Source: Octopus bimaculoides (lineage: Eukaryota). From it: DNA of 64,000 bases. The stretch spans positions 35,779,405 through 35,843,404 of the forward strand of contig NC_069000.1 of the NCBI RefSeq assembly GCF_001194135.2, written 5' to 3'. Each line of letters starts with the position of its first letter. Position 1 is the stretch's first letter. Below the pieces are notes generated by a model. The model saw nothing but the letters and a program-made list of their open reading frames with translations, made no database searches and was not told the origin of the DNA. The translations under genes and the position numbers were made by a program. Positions 36,335 to 49,991 of this stretch are shown here, in pieces.

Positions 36335-36741
36335 TCATCACTGCCATCACCGCCACCACTGCCTCTGTCACCAAGATTATCACTGCCCTACCTAGGCTTT
36401 ATTACCACCACCACCACTATTACTGTCATTAGTCACCATCATTACCAACACTGTCTTCATCATTATCATCACAGCTGGCATATAGCACCACCACCGCCGC
36501 CGCTGCTGCCACTACCACCACCAACACCACCATTGTTGTTGCCACTGCTGTTGCTGCCACCACCAACATTATCACCACTATCACCACCCCCACCACCACT
36601 ACAATCACCACCCTTGCCTCCCTGCTCCTACCACCATCAGCAACATCAGCACCATCACTGCCACCACTACCACCACCATCACCATCACCACCACCACGAT
36701 CATCACCAACAGCACCGCCACTACCACCACCAGCACCACCA
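36335..36741. repeat. Degenerate (CAC/CAT)n trinucleotide repeat running into a gap
   Basis: Seen directly. Confidence 0.9.
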
Positions 36742-37726
36742 NNNNNNNNNNNNNNNNNNNNNNNNNNNNNNNNNNNNNNNNNNNNNNNNNNNNNNNNNNN
36801 NNNNNNNNNNNNNNNNNNNNNNNNNNNNNNNNNNNNNNNNNNNNNNNNNNNNNNNNNNNNNNNNNNNNNNNNNNNNNNNNNNNNNNNNNNNNNNNNNNNN
36901 NNNNNNNNNNNNNNNNNNNNNNNNNNNNNNNNNNNNNNNNNNNNNNNNNNNNNNNNNNNNNNNNNNNNNNNNNNNNNNNNNNNNNNNNNNNNNNNNNNNN
37001 NNNNNNNNNNNNNNNNNNNNNNNNNNNNNNNNNNNNNNNNNNNNNNNNNNNNNNNNNNNNNNNNNNNNNNNNNNNNNNNNNNNNNNNNNNNNNNNNNNNN
37101 NNNNNNNNNNNNNNNNNNNNNNNNNNNNNNNNNNNNNNNNNNNNNNNNNNNNNNNNNNNNNNNNNNNNNNNNNNNNNNNNNNNNNNNNNNNNNNNNNNNN
37201 NNNNNNNNNNNNNNNNNNNNNNNNNNNNNNNNNNNNNNNNNNNNNNNNNNNNNNNNNNNNNNNNNNNNNNNNNNNNNNNNNNNNNNNNNNNNNNNNNNNN
37301 NNNNNNNNNNNNNNNNNNNNNNNNNNNNNNNNNNNNNNNNNNNNNNNNNNNNNNNNNNNNNNNNNNNNNNNNNNNNNNNNNNNNNNNNNNNNNNNNNNNN
37401 NNNNNNNNNNNNNNNNNNNNNNNNNNNNNNNNNNNNNNNNNNNNNNNNNNNNNNNNNNNNNNNNNNNNNNNNNNNNNNNNNNNNNNNNNNNNNNNNNNNN
37501 NNNNNNNNNNNNNNNNNNNNNNNNNNNNNNNNNNNNNNNNNNNNNNNNNNNNNNNNNNNNNNNNNNNTTTAGTCAAATAAATCAACTCTAGTACTTATTT
37601 TCCTTTTTCAAAGTTTGGTGCTTATTCTATCAGACTCTTTTGCCAAACTGCGAAGTCATGAGGATGTAAACAAACCAACACCAGTTGCCAAGCAGTAGTG
37701 GAAGACAAACACAAACACAGAAACAT

Positions 37727-37772
<46 letters not shown>

Positions 37773-38525
37773 ACATACATGCACTCACAGACATATATGA
37801 TGGGCTTCTGCACAGTTTCCATCTACCAAATCCACTCACAAGGCATTAGTCCGCTTGCGGATAAAGCAGAAGACACTTGCCTAATGTGCTGCATAGTGGG
37901 ACTGAACCTGAAACCTCATGGCTGCAAAGCCATACTTGGCTTGTAAATAGAATTACAATGAATGATAAATGAGTTACAGCTGAGCCACTTCACTCAACAG
38001 AAATGAGTGGCACCAGATATATTAGCTGATGTAGACCAAAATACAGAGTCTGAAAAGGGATGTGTTAGTCACAGCTAGAATACCTCTGAATGCTCTGAGC
38101 ATGTGCCATCCACAGTAGCCCTTGAGTTTACTGTCCCCTCCCCCTAGCTGTCTGTCCCCAAGACTATAAAGACTTATACAACAGTCCCAAAAGTGCTACC
38201 CCAATAAAAGTATTGCCCAGGGCAGACAACCCTTTCATAGCTAGACTGTTGTTTGATCATAAGTCTGCTCAATCAAGGGCTAAACAACAATTTGGATAGT
38301 AGACATAATTGCCACCTGGTTTAACACAACCAGCTGACCCTTGTGTCATGTTTTTTGGTCTGAGAGTAACCTCCCCCTTTCCTTCCACCAGTCATGGGTA
38401 ACCTAGAATGGTCATGGGTGCTACCCTTCCTCTGCTGACTAACCAATTAACCCTCTCACCACATACACACAGCTAAAAGAAAAATAAACAACATACCACC
38501 AGAGCTGTCTTTACAGCATTTATAG

Positions 38526-38836
38526 GCCCCCAGACAAATTAGTGCACTGGGCCCTATAATATTTATTTATTGCCAGCAAGCCATAGTATACATAATTCAG
38601 AATTAGGCCCCTGGACCTGTGAGGATCCTGGACAAATCAATACACTGGCCCCTATAGTGCTTATTAATAGATAGCAAGCCACAGCATACATAGATTAGAA
38701 TTAGGCCCTTAGACCCATGAGGCTACACCTTAAGAAGACCCTTAGACCCATGAGGCTATACATTAAGAAGGCCCTTAGACCCATGAGGCTATACCTAAAG
38801 AAGGCCCTTAGACCCAGTGGCTATATCTTAAGAAGG
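38526..38836. repeat. Compound tandem repeat: ~100-bp dimer followed by four 33-bp units
   Basis: Unit GGCCCTTAGACCCATGAGGCTATACATTAAGAA repeated from 38704 to 38836. Confidence 0.8.
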
Positions 38837-40115
38837 CACTGATGCTCTTTTACTTTCTGTATTCAAATCCACTGTGGCTGGCTTTTGATAAAGGTAGTAT
38901 TGTAATGTGTTGGTGGTGATTCAGTCTACTTACCTGTCTTATATAAATTTATGGCTTTGTGCCAATTAATAAATTTTAATTGCAGTGTCTTCTTATTCAG
39001 GCATGAAACATTAGCTTCATCTCATGGAAAATAAAAACAAAAGCTAATGAGGGGAGAAGTACTATAAAGTTGATCATTGCTTAAAATATCAACTAAAACA
39101 TAGTTTGAGATGATCTTGGTTAGAGCATCTGAGGGTAAGCCCGAGCATCGTAGTGCACTGGATTGTAGGAAAGTGACATAGCTAGTGTGTGTGTTGCCTG
39201 GGGCAACCCATGAGTTTGCTGTTCACCTTGCCTGCTATCCAGGCTTATACAGATAACCCAAAAGTGCTTCCCCCATAGAAGTGTCACCCAAGGTGGATCA
39301 CCTTAATAGCACACTCCCTCATAGCCACACGACTTCACTGGGTGTGTAGAATTTTCAATTTTTGCCCCATTCATTCCATATTGGTCATGTTTTCCTTTAT
39401 GTAATTCTTGCAGTAATTTTTTGATCAGTTTCTCAAGTCAGCATTTTTTCTTGCCTTAAATACTGTTTTGAGAAGTATGTTTTTTTCTTTGCCTTTTACT
39501 TGTTTCAGTAATAGCACTGAAGGGTTTGAGTTAAGCAACTTGAACCCAGTACTATGCTAAATTACAGGGACAGAAACAAACTAATAACAATACACACACA
39601 CACATGACTGGCTCACTCACAAGGTTTTAGTTAGACTAGGGCTTTGTAGAAGACACTTGCTCAAGGTGTCACGCAGTGGAACTGAACCCCAAAACCATGT
39701 GACTGAGAAGCAAATTACTCACCACACAGCCATGGCTGTGCCTATTAAATTTTTCCTTATTTCAACATTTCATCATTTCCCGGGTACACTGACCAAGTGT
39801 AATCATTCTTCATGTGACCTGTGTATGTGCAATACATTAACTTTTCTGCAACTCACTGTTTAATTCTGGTTAGCAACATTGGTATGCCCAATCCTTCTAT
39901 TGATATCTTTATGAAGTCACCCTTCTAGCTTTCTCCTGCTCATTCTTAAAATCATTTACTTGACATTGTTATACTGTACAAATATGCATTTTACTATCTA
40001 GTGAGCTAGCTTCTTACTTATCATAGTAATTACCCTGCAGAAATGCCTGCTTTGTCCAATTATTTTGTTAATATGAGTTCCCTTATTTATTTTGTTCAAT
40101 AATAGTTAACAAATA

Positions 40116-40546
40116 GGTGCAGGATTGGCTGTGTGGTAAGTAGCTAGCTTACCAACCACATGGTTCTAGGTTCAGTCCCACTGTGTGGCACATTGGGCAG
40201 GTGTTTTCTACTATAGTCTTGGGCTGACCAAAGCCTTGTGAGTGGATTTGGTAGACAGAAACTGAAAGAAGCCCGTCGTATATATATATATATATGTGTG
40301 AGTGTGTGTGTGTGTGTATGTATGTATGTGTATATGTTTGTGTGTCTGTATTTGTCTCTCCAACATCGCTTGACAACTGATGCTGGTGTGTTTACGTCCC
40401 TGTAACTTAGCAGTTTGGCAAAAGAGACCGATAGAATAAGTACTAGGCTTACAAAGAATAAGTCCTGGGGTCAATTTGCTTGACTAAAGGCAGTGCTCCA
40501 GCATGGCCACAATCAACTGACTGAAACAAGTAAAAGAATAAAAGGA
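40116..40546 (+). mobile_element. SINE family A copy, full length
   Basis: Collinear with the reference copy. Confidence 0.85.
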
Positions 40547-41825
40547 GAATGGCTACCAGCTCTCTNNNNNNNNNNNNNNNNNNNNNNNNNNNNNNNNNNN
40601 NNNNNNNNNNNNNNNNNNNNNNNNNNNNNNNNNNNNNNNNNNNNNNNNNNNNNNNNNNNNNNNNNNNNNNNNNNNNNNNNNNNNNNNNNNNNNNNNNNNN
40701 NNNNNNNNNNNNNNNNNNNNNNNNNNNNNNNNNNNNNNNNNNNNNNNNNNNNNNNNNNNNNNNNNNNNNNNNNNNNNNNNNNNNNNNNNNNNNNNNNNNN
40801 NNNNNNNNNNNNNNNNNNNNNNNNNNNNNNNNNNNNNNNNNNNNNNNNNNNNNNNNNNNNNNNNNNNNNNNNNNNNNNNNNNNNNNNNNNNNNNNNNNNN
40901 NNNNNNNNNNNNNNNNNNNNNNNNNNNNNNNNNNNNNNNNNNNNNNNNNNNNNNNNNNNNNNNNNNNNNNNNNNNNNNNNNNNNNNNNNNNNNNNNNNNN
41001 NNNNNNNNNNNNNNNNNNNNNNNNNNNNNNNNNNNNNNNNNNNNNNNNNNNNNNNNNNNNNNNNNNNNNNNNNNNNNNNNNNNNNNNNNNNNNNNNNNNN
41101 NNNNNNNNNNNNNNNNNNNNNNNNNNNNNNNNNNNNNNNNNNNNNNNNNNNNNNNNNNNNNNNNNNNNNNNNNNNNNNNNNNNNNNGGGGGGGGGGGTAA
41201 CATCTGAATCATTTAGTTCAGATTTGTATTGAGCAAGCATAAGCAGATAGTTATATATGATGTGAAGATATTTAAAGACATTTTAAGGTGGTGAGCTGGC
41301 TGAATTGTTAGCACACCGGGCAAAATGTTTAGTGATATTTCATCTGTCTTCACATTCTGAGTTCAAATTCCACCGATGCCTTTCATCCTTTCTGGGATCA
41401 ATAAAAATTAGTACCAGTTGAACACTGGGGTCAATGTAATCGACTCAATCCCTCACCCAAAATTGCTGGCCTTGTGCTAAAATTTGAAACCGATATTGAA
41501 AGATATTTAACATATTCATTGTTAGCAGTAGTGACCCATAAGTTTTAACTGCCCTGTGTAGTAGCCAAATTGGCTGCCTCCTTCCTTAAATGTAACATAA
41601 TTTCAACTACAGCAAACACCCTACGTTATACTGTTGGACATCAGGAGATCTCTTCTGCTTTGAGTTCTTGTTTAAACTTTTCATTCAGGAATCCACAACC
41701 AGCCGGCAGCAGACATATACTGAACTGTAGATCATTTGGTACTGGGTCACACAAAAATAATATCTTTTAAAATTTTATTTCTATTTTATTGACTATCACA
41801 GTCTGCAGAGTATTTTTGCATTATA

Positions 41826-41952
41826 CAGGGTGTCCACAAAGTCTGGGTACATGGGGATCAACACATACTTTAAGAAATTATTATTTCTTATATTTAATTG
41901 TTTATGTTATGATTTTATCTACTCCAGGTACCCAGACTTTGTGAACACTCTG
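41826..41952. mobile_element. 127-bp Tc1/mariner-type MITE, copy 1
   Basis: TA|CAGGGTGTCCACAAAGTCTGGGTAC...GTACCCAGACTTTGTGAACACTCTG|TA. Confidence 0.85.
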
Positions 41953-43219
41953 TATATATAATATTTCTATGTTATATTTGTAATAATTAAATTATATATT
42001 ATGCACTTTATTGTGCTTTGTTATGAGTTTGATCCCCTGGTCAATGGAAAAATAGTCTTGCATGAAACTGGTCTGAAGTGCAAAAAATTTTGGGGTCCAC
42101 TGTTCTCACCTGATGTGACAATGATGCATAAGTTCAAACAAGTTATCTAATATTGTAAATTTGTGATCAAGAGATTTTGCAATATTTTTGTTTAACCAGC
42201 ATTATAGTTTTAGCTTAACTATATTCATTGGTTTCAAATTTTGGTGCAAGGCCAGGGGAAGGGGTGAATGAATTACTCAACTGGTACTTATTTTATGAAC
42301 TCTGAAAGGATGAAAGGCAAAGTTGACCTCAGTGGAATTTGAGCTCAGAACATAGACGGAAGAAATACCACTAAGCATTTTGCTTGACGTTCAAACAATT
42401 CTGCCACCTTGTCACCTTCCAGCTTGACTACATAATTATTTTGTTTAGTCAATTTGTAAAATCTTTTAAATTTTGGGACAAAAATGTTTAGATTCCACTT
42501 CAGCCCTTCCTGAAAAGTTTTGCTCATACATCTGTAAAAACGACCGTGCGAACCCAAAAGGAGAAATGGTGATGAATGGAAAAACAGGGCTCCTTTTATT
42601 TAAATGCGTCACACGGTCGAACACAAAAATACATCTCAAATGATATAAATACGTTATACTTCGATAACATAGTGAATTCGTAAATGGCCAGTAAGGAAGA
42701 CGATAGAACACAACCGATAGTGATGTGTAACAGTAATATTTATTGTTGCATTAAAATGTATGTCTGTGTGTGAGTGTGAGTGCAACATAAAACATAATAA
42801 AAGACAGGCCGTCGTGTAAAGAAAAGAGTGTGTGCAAGTGATACATGTATGTGTATGCGTGAGATACAGCAGATAGAAAAAGAGTCAGTAACACATATAA
42901 GAATTTGCCAGTTCTTAGAGTACACAATAATAAGAGTCTGTATGTAAGAAGTTGAGGCGTGTGGAGCAGTGCGATCACTCGTCGTGATGTTAGGGCTTCC
43001 ATGCCGGGCCGGGTTCTTGTATACAGATGTTCTTCACAGGCTGGGTTCTTGTCTGTTGTCTATCGTGGCGAAGGTGAATCGCACAAACAGAGTTAGAAGT
43101 TCTGCGGTAGTTTTGGTTAGCTGGTGTACGTAGAAGTCATGTTGACGATGTTGGCGATGCTGGCGGCGAATCTTGTAGTTCGTAGTTGAAGTGGTGTTGA
43201 CGAATTAGCTGGGTATAAT

Positions 43220-43370
43220 TTAGTCTATTTAAAGCAAAATAGGGGCTCCAGAGAGGCATTAGAAAAACACTATCACGTGACCTTATTAAGAGCTGTGATT
43301 GGTCAGTTTGCGTTCTGGCGGGAACGGTACAAAGCAGTTGCCGCTTCAAATAATAATCAGTCAGGTAATG
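43220..43370. promoter_or_regulatory. Candidate CpG-containing, possibly bidirectional promoter
   Basis: Non-repetitive, CpG-richer than its flanks; TATTTAAAG (~43226), TCACGTGA (43273-43280), ATTGG (~43298), GGCGGGAA (43317-43324), donor-like CAG|GTAATG at 43365. Motif evidence only. Confidence 0.4.
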
Positions 43371-43954
43371 ACAGGGAAAGATGTTTTCTACTACGCTCGC
43401 GTGTTTGTATATTTATAGTGAGAGAAGATGGCTTCTTTGTATATAATGGCGATCGAGGTGTTAGTTTCACTACACATCTATGGCTAATACTGTTAGTTAT
43501 TTAGTGCTCTTTTTCTCTTTTCTTTTCCTTTACAAGTTATCTTGCACATTTGGACAGTACGTTGAATATACAGAAGTCACCCAAACTGCAATTCTTTGGT
43601 TATCACCCCTCTCTGATCCACCCCAATAATAAACAAAATAAAGCAGCATTAGGCTAAATTAAGTGTTTTTGAGATAGGGAAATAAAATCTGTAAAAATAT
43701 TTGTTTTACAATGTAATAAGATAAAAATGATAATTTATTTTTAGTGGTGATATATCATTGTTAGGTTTCTGTGTCAAGCTGCTGTGTGAGTAGACTTCTT
43801 GTCATTTTTCTTTTTTTAAATAAAGACATCTATAAACAAGCTGCTAATTCTTTGTTGCAGATCCAAAATATAACAATAATTAGAATGAGGTTTGCAGTGG
43901 CTATGGAACACATTTAAATCCAAGGGTCCTTCAATAAATTACCTTTTTATTCAA

Positions 43955-44240
43955 TACATTTACTTTTCTACAACTCACTGCTTAACTCTAATTAGCAACA
44001 TTACTATGTCCATTCCTTCCTCTGATATCTTTGTGCAGTCACTCTTCTAGCCTTCTCCAGTTCATTTTTGAATCATTTATTTGCCATTGTTATACCATAC
44101 AAGTATGCATTTTACTATCTAGTATGAAAGCTTCTCATTTATCTTAGTTATAACCCTGCAGAAAAGTCATGCCTTGTTCTATTGTTTGGTTAACATGAAA
44201 TCCTTTATTTGTTTTGTTCACAGGTTGTTAACAAACACAA
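43955..44240 (-). mobile_element. Decayed LINE (RTE-like) fragment; second diverged copy at about 39830-40110
   Basis: Two collinear ~290-bp copies; frameshifted GITWQ-K-I-NE-LEKA-like peptide on the minus strand. Confidence 0.4.
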
Positions 44241-45169
44241 CTACCACCATTAAATCCAAGGGTTCTTAACATTAATTTCTACAGTATTTGAATAATTTGA
44301 TAAGGCTGTAGATTCAATGGATTTTGGTTCAACAAATTCAGAAAATACAAGTAGTTATAAATGTGATGACACTGTTACAGATACCACCAGACAAGTAGCC
44401 AAGCTATGTTGTGGCTAATAATAGGAAAATAAAGTTAAAAAGATACCTTGTCTTTCATTGTAGCAAGTGTGATGGAGCTGTGAGAAACACCAAAGGACAT
44501 GTAGCCAGGCTACACTGCGGCCAGTAGTTAGGAAGACTTAAAAAGATGTCCCTCACTGTGGAAATTACAATCTCTAAAAAAGCATAACAATAAACAAGCT
44601 TTTGACAGTTTTATAGATATTTCAAAATTATGATACTATGATGCTAGGTGTTTCCATTATTTTGTCCAACACCTGTATATATGCATACAAATTAGTCATT
44701 AGGATTCAACAGAACCTTGGAATATCTACACGCAGGATGCCAGAAATGGCTGGCTACAACAACACAGAGTTCACAGTAAGATAAACAATAAAGCTATCAT
44801 GTGTTGGTAGGATACCGTAGATATGTAAGTACCAAATCCAATTTAAATTGCAGATCTGGTTATGGGATTGGTTCCAAGTGAGGCATAGGTATAAAAAGAG
44901 GACACAAATGGTGTATGAAATTTAAAATTGGATTTGTTGTGTTTGATGTATGAAATCTTACTGCTTGACATCTTGCTGGTTTAAAATTTTATCTGAAGAT
45001 GGTGGATTATATGTTGTGATGTTATCTTTGAATGTATCAATAAAATCCTACCGAAACAGCTGTCAAAAATTTTAAATACCAACTGTGTTCTCTTTATATA
45101 TATATATCATCAAAAATACTTAAGATAAAATAAAGAACATTTCAAAAATTGAACATATCTTGCTTACTT

Positions 45170-45620
45170 GCTTCACGCAATGTTTTGACATTGTTATTTG
45201 TGGGACTGAATTTTATACTGAATTGTTTTTGCAGTCCATATTGTTGATAGTGAAACCTCTTGGTCTTCATATCCAGTTATGTGCCACCCTATGCTATGAT
45301 GGTGTCTTGGTCATGAACGGAAAAATCACTAGTGTTCCAAGTGAAACTAAATTCCATTGTCCCACTTGCAGTTTGTGCCACGCCCACTGGCACAACTTGG
45401 TAGTGACTGATAGCATGAAAATGTAATGTCTGCTGGTGAATTTTTGCCGTACTGCAGCAACTCTACCTCTTCATAAATCGATCCACTGTGCATCAGTGCA
45501 TTGTGCAGTATGTAGGGAGGCCAGTGCATTGTTTTGTGTGCATGTGGTGAGTGCTATAATGATGTTAAAACAGCTCTATCATCCACATGTGCCAATCACT
45601 GTTCTGACATCTTTTACAAT
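45170..45620 (-). mobile_element. Highly decayed Tc1-like transposase remnant
   Basis: Minus strand SLHTAQCT...RGRVAAVRQKFT..KLCQWAWH...QWNLV resembles the Tc1 HTH/linker region; many stops. Confidence 0.4.
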
Positions 45621-47321
45621 CGTCATAGAAATATGGACCTTATTGCATTTGGCTGATAAAATTTTGGATAATAATAATCAATAATCAATAATCATCAACT
45701 TAAAAATTCATTAACGTAACTAAATCTCAAAAAATAATTGTGATGGTTATTTAAATACATTAAAGCATTTTATTGACAGTCAGATTTGTACCTATCCAGC
45801 CAATAATGTATTTGTTAATTAATTAATTCTTTAATCATCATCATCATCGTTGTCGTCGTCATTTAATGTCTATTTTCCATGCTGGTATGGATTGGATGGT
45901 TTGACAGGAGCTGGCCAGCCAGAGAGTTGCACCAGGTTCCATCTGTCTGTTTTGGCATAGTTTCTACAGCTGGATGCCCTTCCTAACACCAACCACTTTA
46001 CAGAGAGTACTTGATGCTTTTTACATGGCACTAGCACAAGTGATTTTACATGGTACCAGCATGGGTGCATTTTATGTGGCACCATCACCCATAAGCTCGC
46101 AAGACAAAGACCTCTTGGCTGAGAGAATGAATGGGGGATATAGCCATGAAGGACATGCCTGTATGACATGCCTATATGTATGGATGGCCACAATTTTACT
46201 TAGCTTGACGTGTCTTCTCAACCACAGCAATTAATCTTTATATAATTCTCATGCTAATTATATCATTCTGATTGTCACTATATTAATTAGAACTTAAATT
46301 CTGCCAATATAATAATTTTTGTTTTTGCAATTTCTATACTTAAGATTTTTACCTTCTTCCTACTGAACACCAAATGGCTGATTGCTATAAGAATTTGACA
46401 CGAGGTTTTCTATACAAATAGGCCATCATCTACACTACAAACTTTTGCATTTCTTTCAGTTGAATTGTTTGTGTGTGTATGTATAGGAATCTGGAAAATT
46501 TCTTGGTATTATTTATAGTAGGTTATAGCCAAAAATTATCCAACTTCCTGCTTTGTTATATAATAACTCTACAAACAATATTTCTAGAATTTTCAACTCT
46601 AATATGTACTTCACATCAGTACAACTGATATATACTGGATTGTAATACTAGAATAAGCAGATGTGCTTCTAGCGGACAAAGCTTGGTTTCTTTTTTCTTT
46701 ACTTACATAATATATATATGTATGTATGTTTGTGTGTATATATATAATACACACACACACACACACACACGCACCCATGCCAGCATGGAAGATGGATGTT
46801 AAACGATAATGATATATATATATATATATATATATCATTATCATTGTTTAACGTCTGCTTTCCATGCTGGCATGGGTTGGATAGTTTGACTGAGGTCTGG
46901 CAAGCCAGGAAGCTGCACCAGGCTCCAATCTGATCTGGCAAGGTTTCTACAGCTGGATGCCCTCCCTAATGGCAACCACTCCGAGAGTGTAGTGGGAGCT
47001 TTTTATGTGCCGTCGGTACAGGGGCCAGTCAGGTGGCACTGGCATGTATGTATGTATGTATGTATGTATACACACACACACATACAAATATATATGAGTA
47101 AGTGGATAAATGAAAGAAAAACACACTCAACATATTTAATAGAAGTAGCATATGTTATGTAAAACAGTTTGATTTGGCTCCTTGCAACTTTAAGTTTTGC
47201 AGGCTTCTTACAGAAACCTAGCTCATTCAGACTCAGTAAGAGAATGAAGAGATGATATAGGAAGTCCAAAATGGCTACTGGAAACTAGGCTGCTGTTGAT
47301 CAAGGCAGGTTACATGGTGCC

Positions 47322-48265
47322 CTCTGTTTCAGAGGGCGAAGAACATCCATTGAAGCTCTGGTTGTGTGGGCCGTCACCCCATCTTGCTGAAACCATACAC
47401 GTTGAATAGGTATGTTTTCATCATAATTCAGGCACGAAAAGTTGTTCATCATTTCAATGTAATGCTCGGAGTTCACAGTAACAGCATTTCCATTATTGCC
47501 TTCAAAAATGTAAGGACCAATGATGGCAGCTTTTCCAAGCGCACACCGGACCATCACTTTTGGGCCATGCAGTGGTCTTTCGTGCAGTTCTCTCAGATTT
47601 TCAAGAGACAATAACGACAGTTCTGTTGATTCACTATGCCATTAAGATGAAAATGAACTTCATCACTCATTAACAAAATGAGGTAGCCATTTGCCTCAAA
47701 AATTGCTTCTATCTGACATGCGAAGTTAAGCCGCTATACATAGTCCCATGGTTTCAACTGTTCCCCAATGACCAATTTGTACGGGTGGAAATACAGGTTT
47801 TCATGCAAAATATGCCTTACCAATCAATTACCAGTACCAAGTTCAGTGGAATGCCTCCGAACAGAACGATTCAGAGTCCGTATCAAAGCTTGCCTGAAGC
47901 ATTCTACATTTTCCGGGGTCCATACCATTTGTGGCGCCCCCATTAGTCTCCTATTCATTAGTGTACCTCATGTACGAAGTACATTCACCCAACGAAAGAT
48001 TGTGTTACAGGTGGGAACACCCTGATTTTGGTGAATGTTGAAATGGTGCAGAAACTCCTGCTGAACTGCTGTGACAGACTCGTTATTCTTAACATAACTG
48101 TTGTAGGTAAACAAGTGATGCTCTATGCACCATGGTTTCACCTGAAAAGGAAAAAAAAATGCTAAGATACCACAGACCGAATTGGTACCTGTCAGACATA
48201 TGTCCCTCCCACTGGGGCTGAATAATAGTCATTTCAAAAATGTCCGACCTCTCTGCCCCACCCTG
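47322..48265 (-). mobile_element. 3'-truncated Tc1/mariner-superfamily transposase (DUF4817-type N-terminus, rosa/DD41D-like)
   Basis: End TA|CAGGGTGGGGCAG at 48265; KNNESVTAVQQEF..., MSDEVHFHLNG..NQQNCRY, RELHERPLHGPKV, VTVNSEHYIEM, VWFQQDGVTAHT; multiple stops; third Asp region missing. Family label is tentative. Confidence 0.8.
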
Positions 48266-49254
48266 TATAATATATGATATACTATAATACAATATATTGG
48301 TTTCAAATTTTGGCACAAGGCCAGCAATTTTGATGAGGGAGTAAGTCGATTACATTGACCCCAGTGCTCAACTAGTATTTATTTTATCAACCCTGAAAGG
48401 ATGAAAGGCAAAGTCGACCTTGGAGGAATTTGAACTCAGAACGTAGACGAAATACCGCTAAACACTCCGTCGGGTTGGCTAACGATAATATAATATTTAT
48501 CACATAATCATTGAATGGTACTGTGCGAGTAGTTTACTGACTTGGGCGCAGATTTTTTCAAGTCGCATTTACTTTGGTTATGTAAGTCATTTACAACCGA
48601 AGTAACAGATTTTGACCTCTAATTGTTTGTTCCAACACAGTTTATCATTTTCGCTTTTACGCTGCAACTCCCGATAAACGTGTGCCTGCTTAATGTGAGA
48701 CACACACACGCACAACAAAGGAGACTCTTAATGTTAATGATCGAACGACCTGCAAGAAATAGCAGCCAGATCTTCCTTGAATCACATCCTTACTGATCTT
48801 AAAAATTGAAAGGCTCATTGGAATACGTAATTAATAAAAAATAATAATAATAATAATAAACGATACAATAATCATGGCTGGAAAATCTTTGATCACAAGT
48901 CATCTCGTTCTGGGCTGACCTGGGGCTAAACTGCAACAATCAAAACAACGCGCAAATTCACCAGCTCTCTTTCTCTTTCTCACGCACGCTAGCACTAACC
49001 TTTCTCTTCCTCTCTCTCTCTCTTTCCGCCCCTTCACTTTCACTCATATTCAGTTATCTGTTCACGTGCAGTTAGACAATCATTTACATTTATGACCGAC
49101 TTTCAACTGTAGTGTACTTTCAAAACATGTATCACAAGAAAGATGTCTTTTTGCGTGGGTTTCTTGATGAATGAAAAAAAAATTTTCGGGAGGTGCGGGT
49201 AAAAAGCGAAATAAATTATTAAATATATTGATTTTTAGGAATAATATTTAATAC

Positions 49255-49860
49255 ATATTGGTTTAAAATTTCGACACAAGGCCAGCAATATCGGAGAAGC
49301 GGGTAAGTCGATTACATAGATTCCAGTTTTTCAGCTGGTACTTATTTTATCGACCTCAAAAGGATGAAAGGCAACGTCGACCTCGACAGAATTTGAACTC
49401 AAAACATAAAGACGGACGAAATACCGCTAAGCATTTTGTCCGGCGTGCTAAAGATTCTACCAGTTTGTCGCCTTAATACATAAATATTGATTTAAAATTT
49501 TGGCAGAAGGCCAGCAATTTTGTGGGGAATAGTAAGTCGATTACGTCGACTCCTGCGTTAAACTGGTATTTAATATATCGACCCCGAAAGGATAAAAGGC
49601 AAAGTTGAGAGAATTTGAATTCAGAACGTAAGGACCCTCGAAATGTCGCTAAACATTTTGCCCGACGTGCCAACGATTCTACTCCAGGCACAAGGCCCGA
49701 AATTTTGGGGGAGGGGCCCAGTCGATTAGATCGACTCCAGTATACAATTGGTACTTAATCTATCGACCCTGAAAGGCGGAATTTGAACTCAGAACGTAGA
49801 CGAAATACCGTTAAGCATTTCGCCCGGCGCGCTAACGTTTCTGCCAGCTCGCCGCCTTAA
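49255..49860 (-). mobile_element. Three tandem copies of SINE family B
   Basis: Same blocks on the minus strand. Further single copies near 2405, 5390, 8950, 11170, 22130, 27370, 34270, 41285, 42240, 48300 and 54000. Confidence 0.8.
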
Positions 49861-49864
49861 TATA

Positions 49865-49991
49865 CAAGGTGTCCACAAAGTCTGGGTACATGAGGATTAA
49901 CACATACTTTAAGAAATTATTATTTCTTATATTTAATTGTTTATGTTATGATTTTATTTACTCCATGTACCCAGACCTTGTGGACACCCTG
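49865..49991. mobile_element. 127-bp Tc1/mariner-type MITE, copy 2
   Basis: Near-identical to 41826-41952; TA-flanked. Confidence 0.85.

Noticed and set aside
42751-43002. 83-aa hydrophobic ORF as a real protein
   Set aside because: No recognisable homology and the 3' half is CA-repeat-like; mentioned only within the promoter finding.
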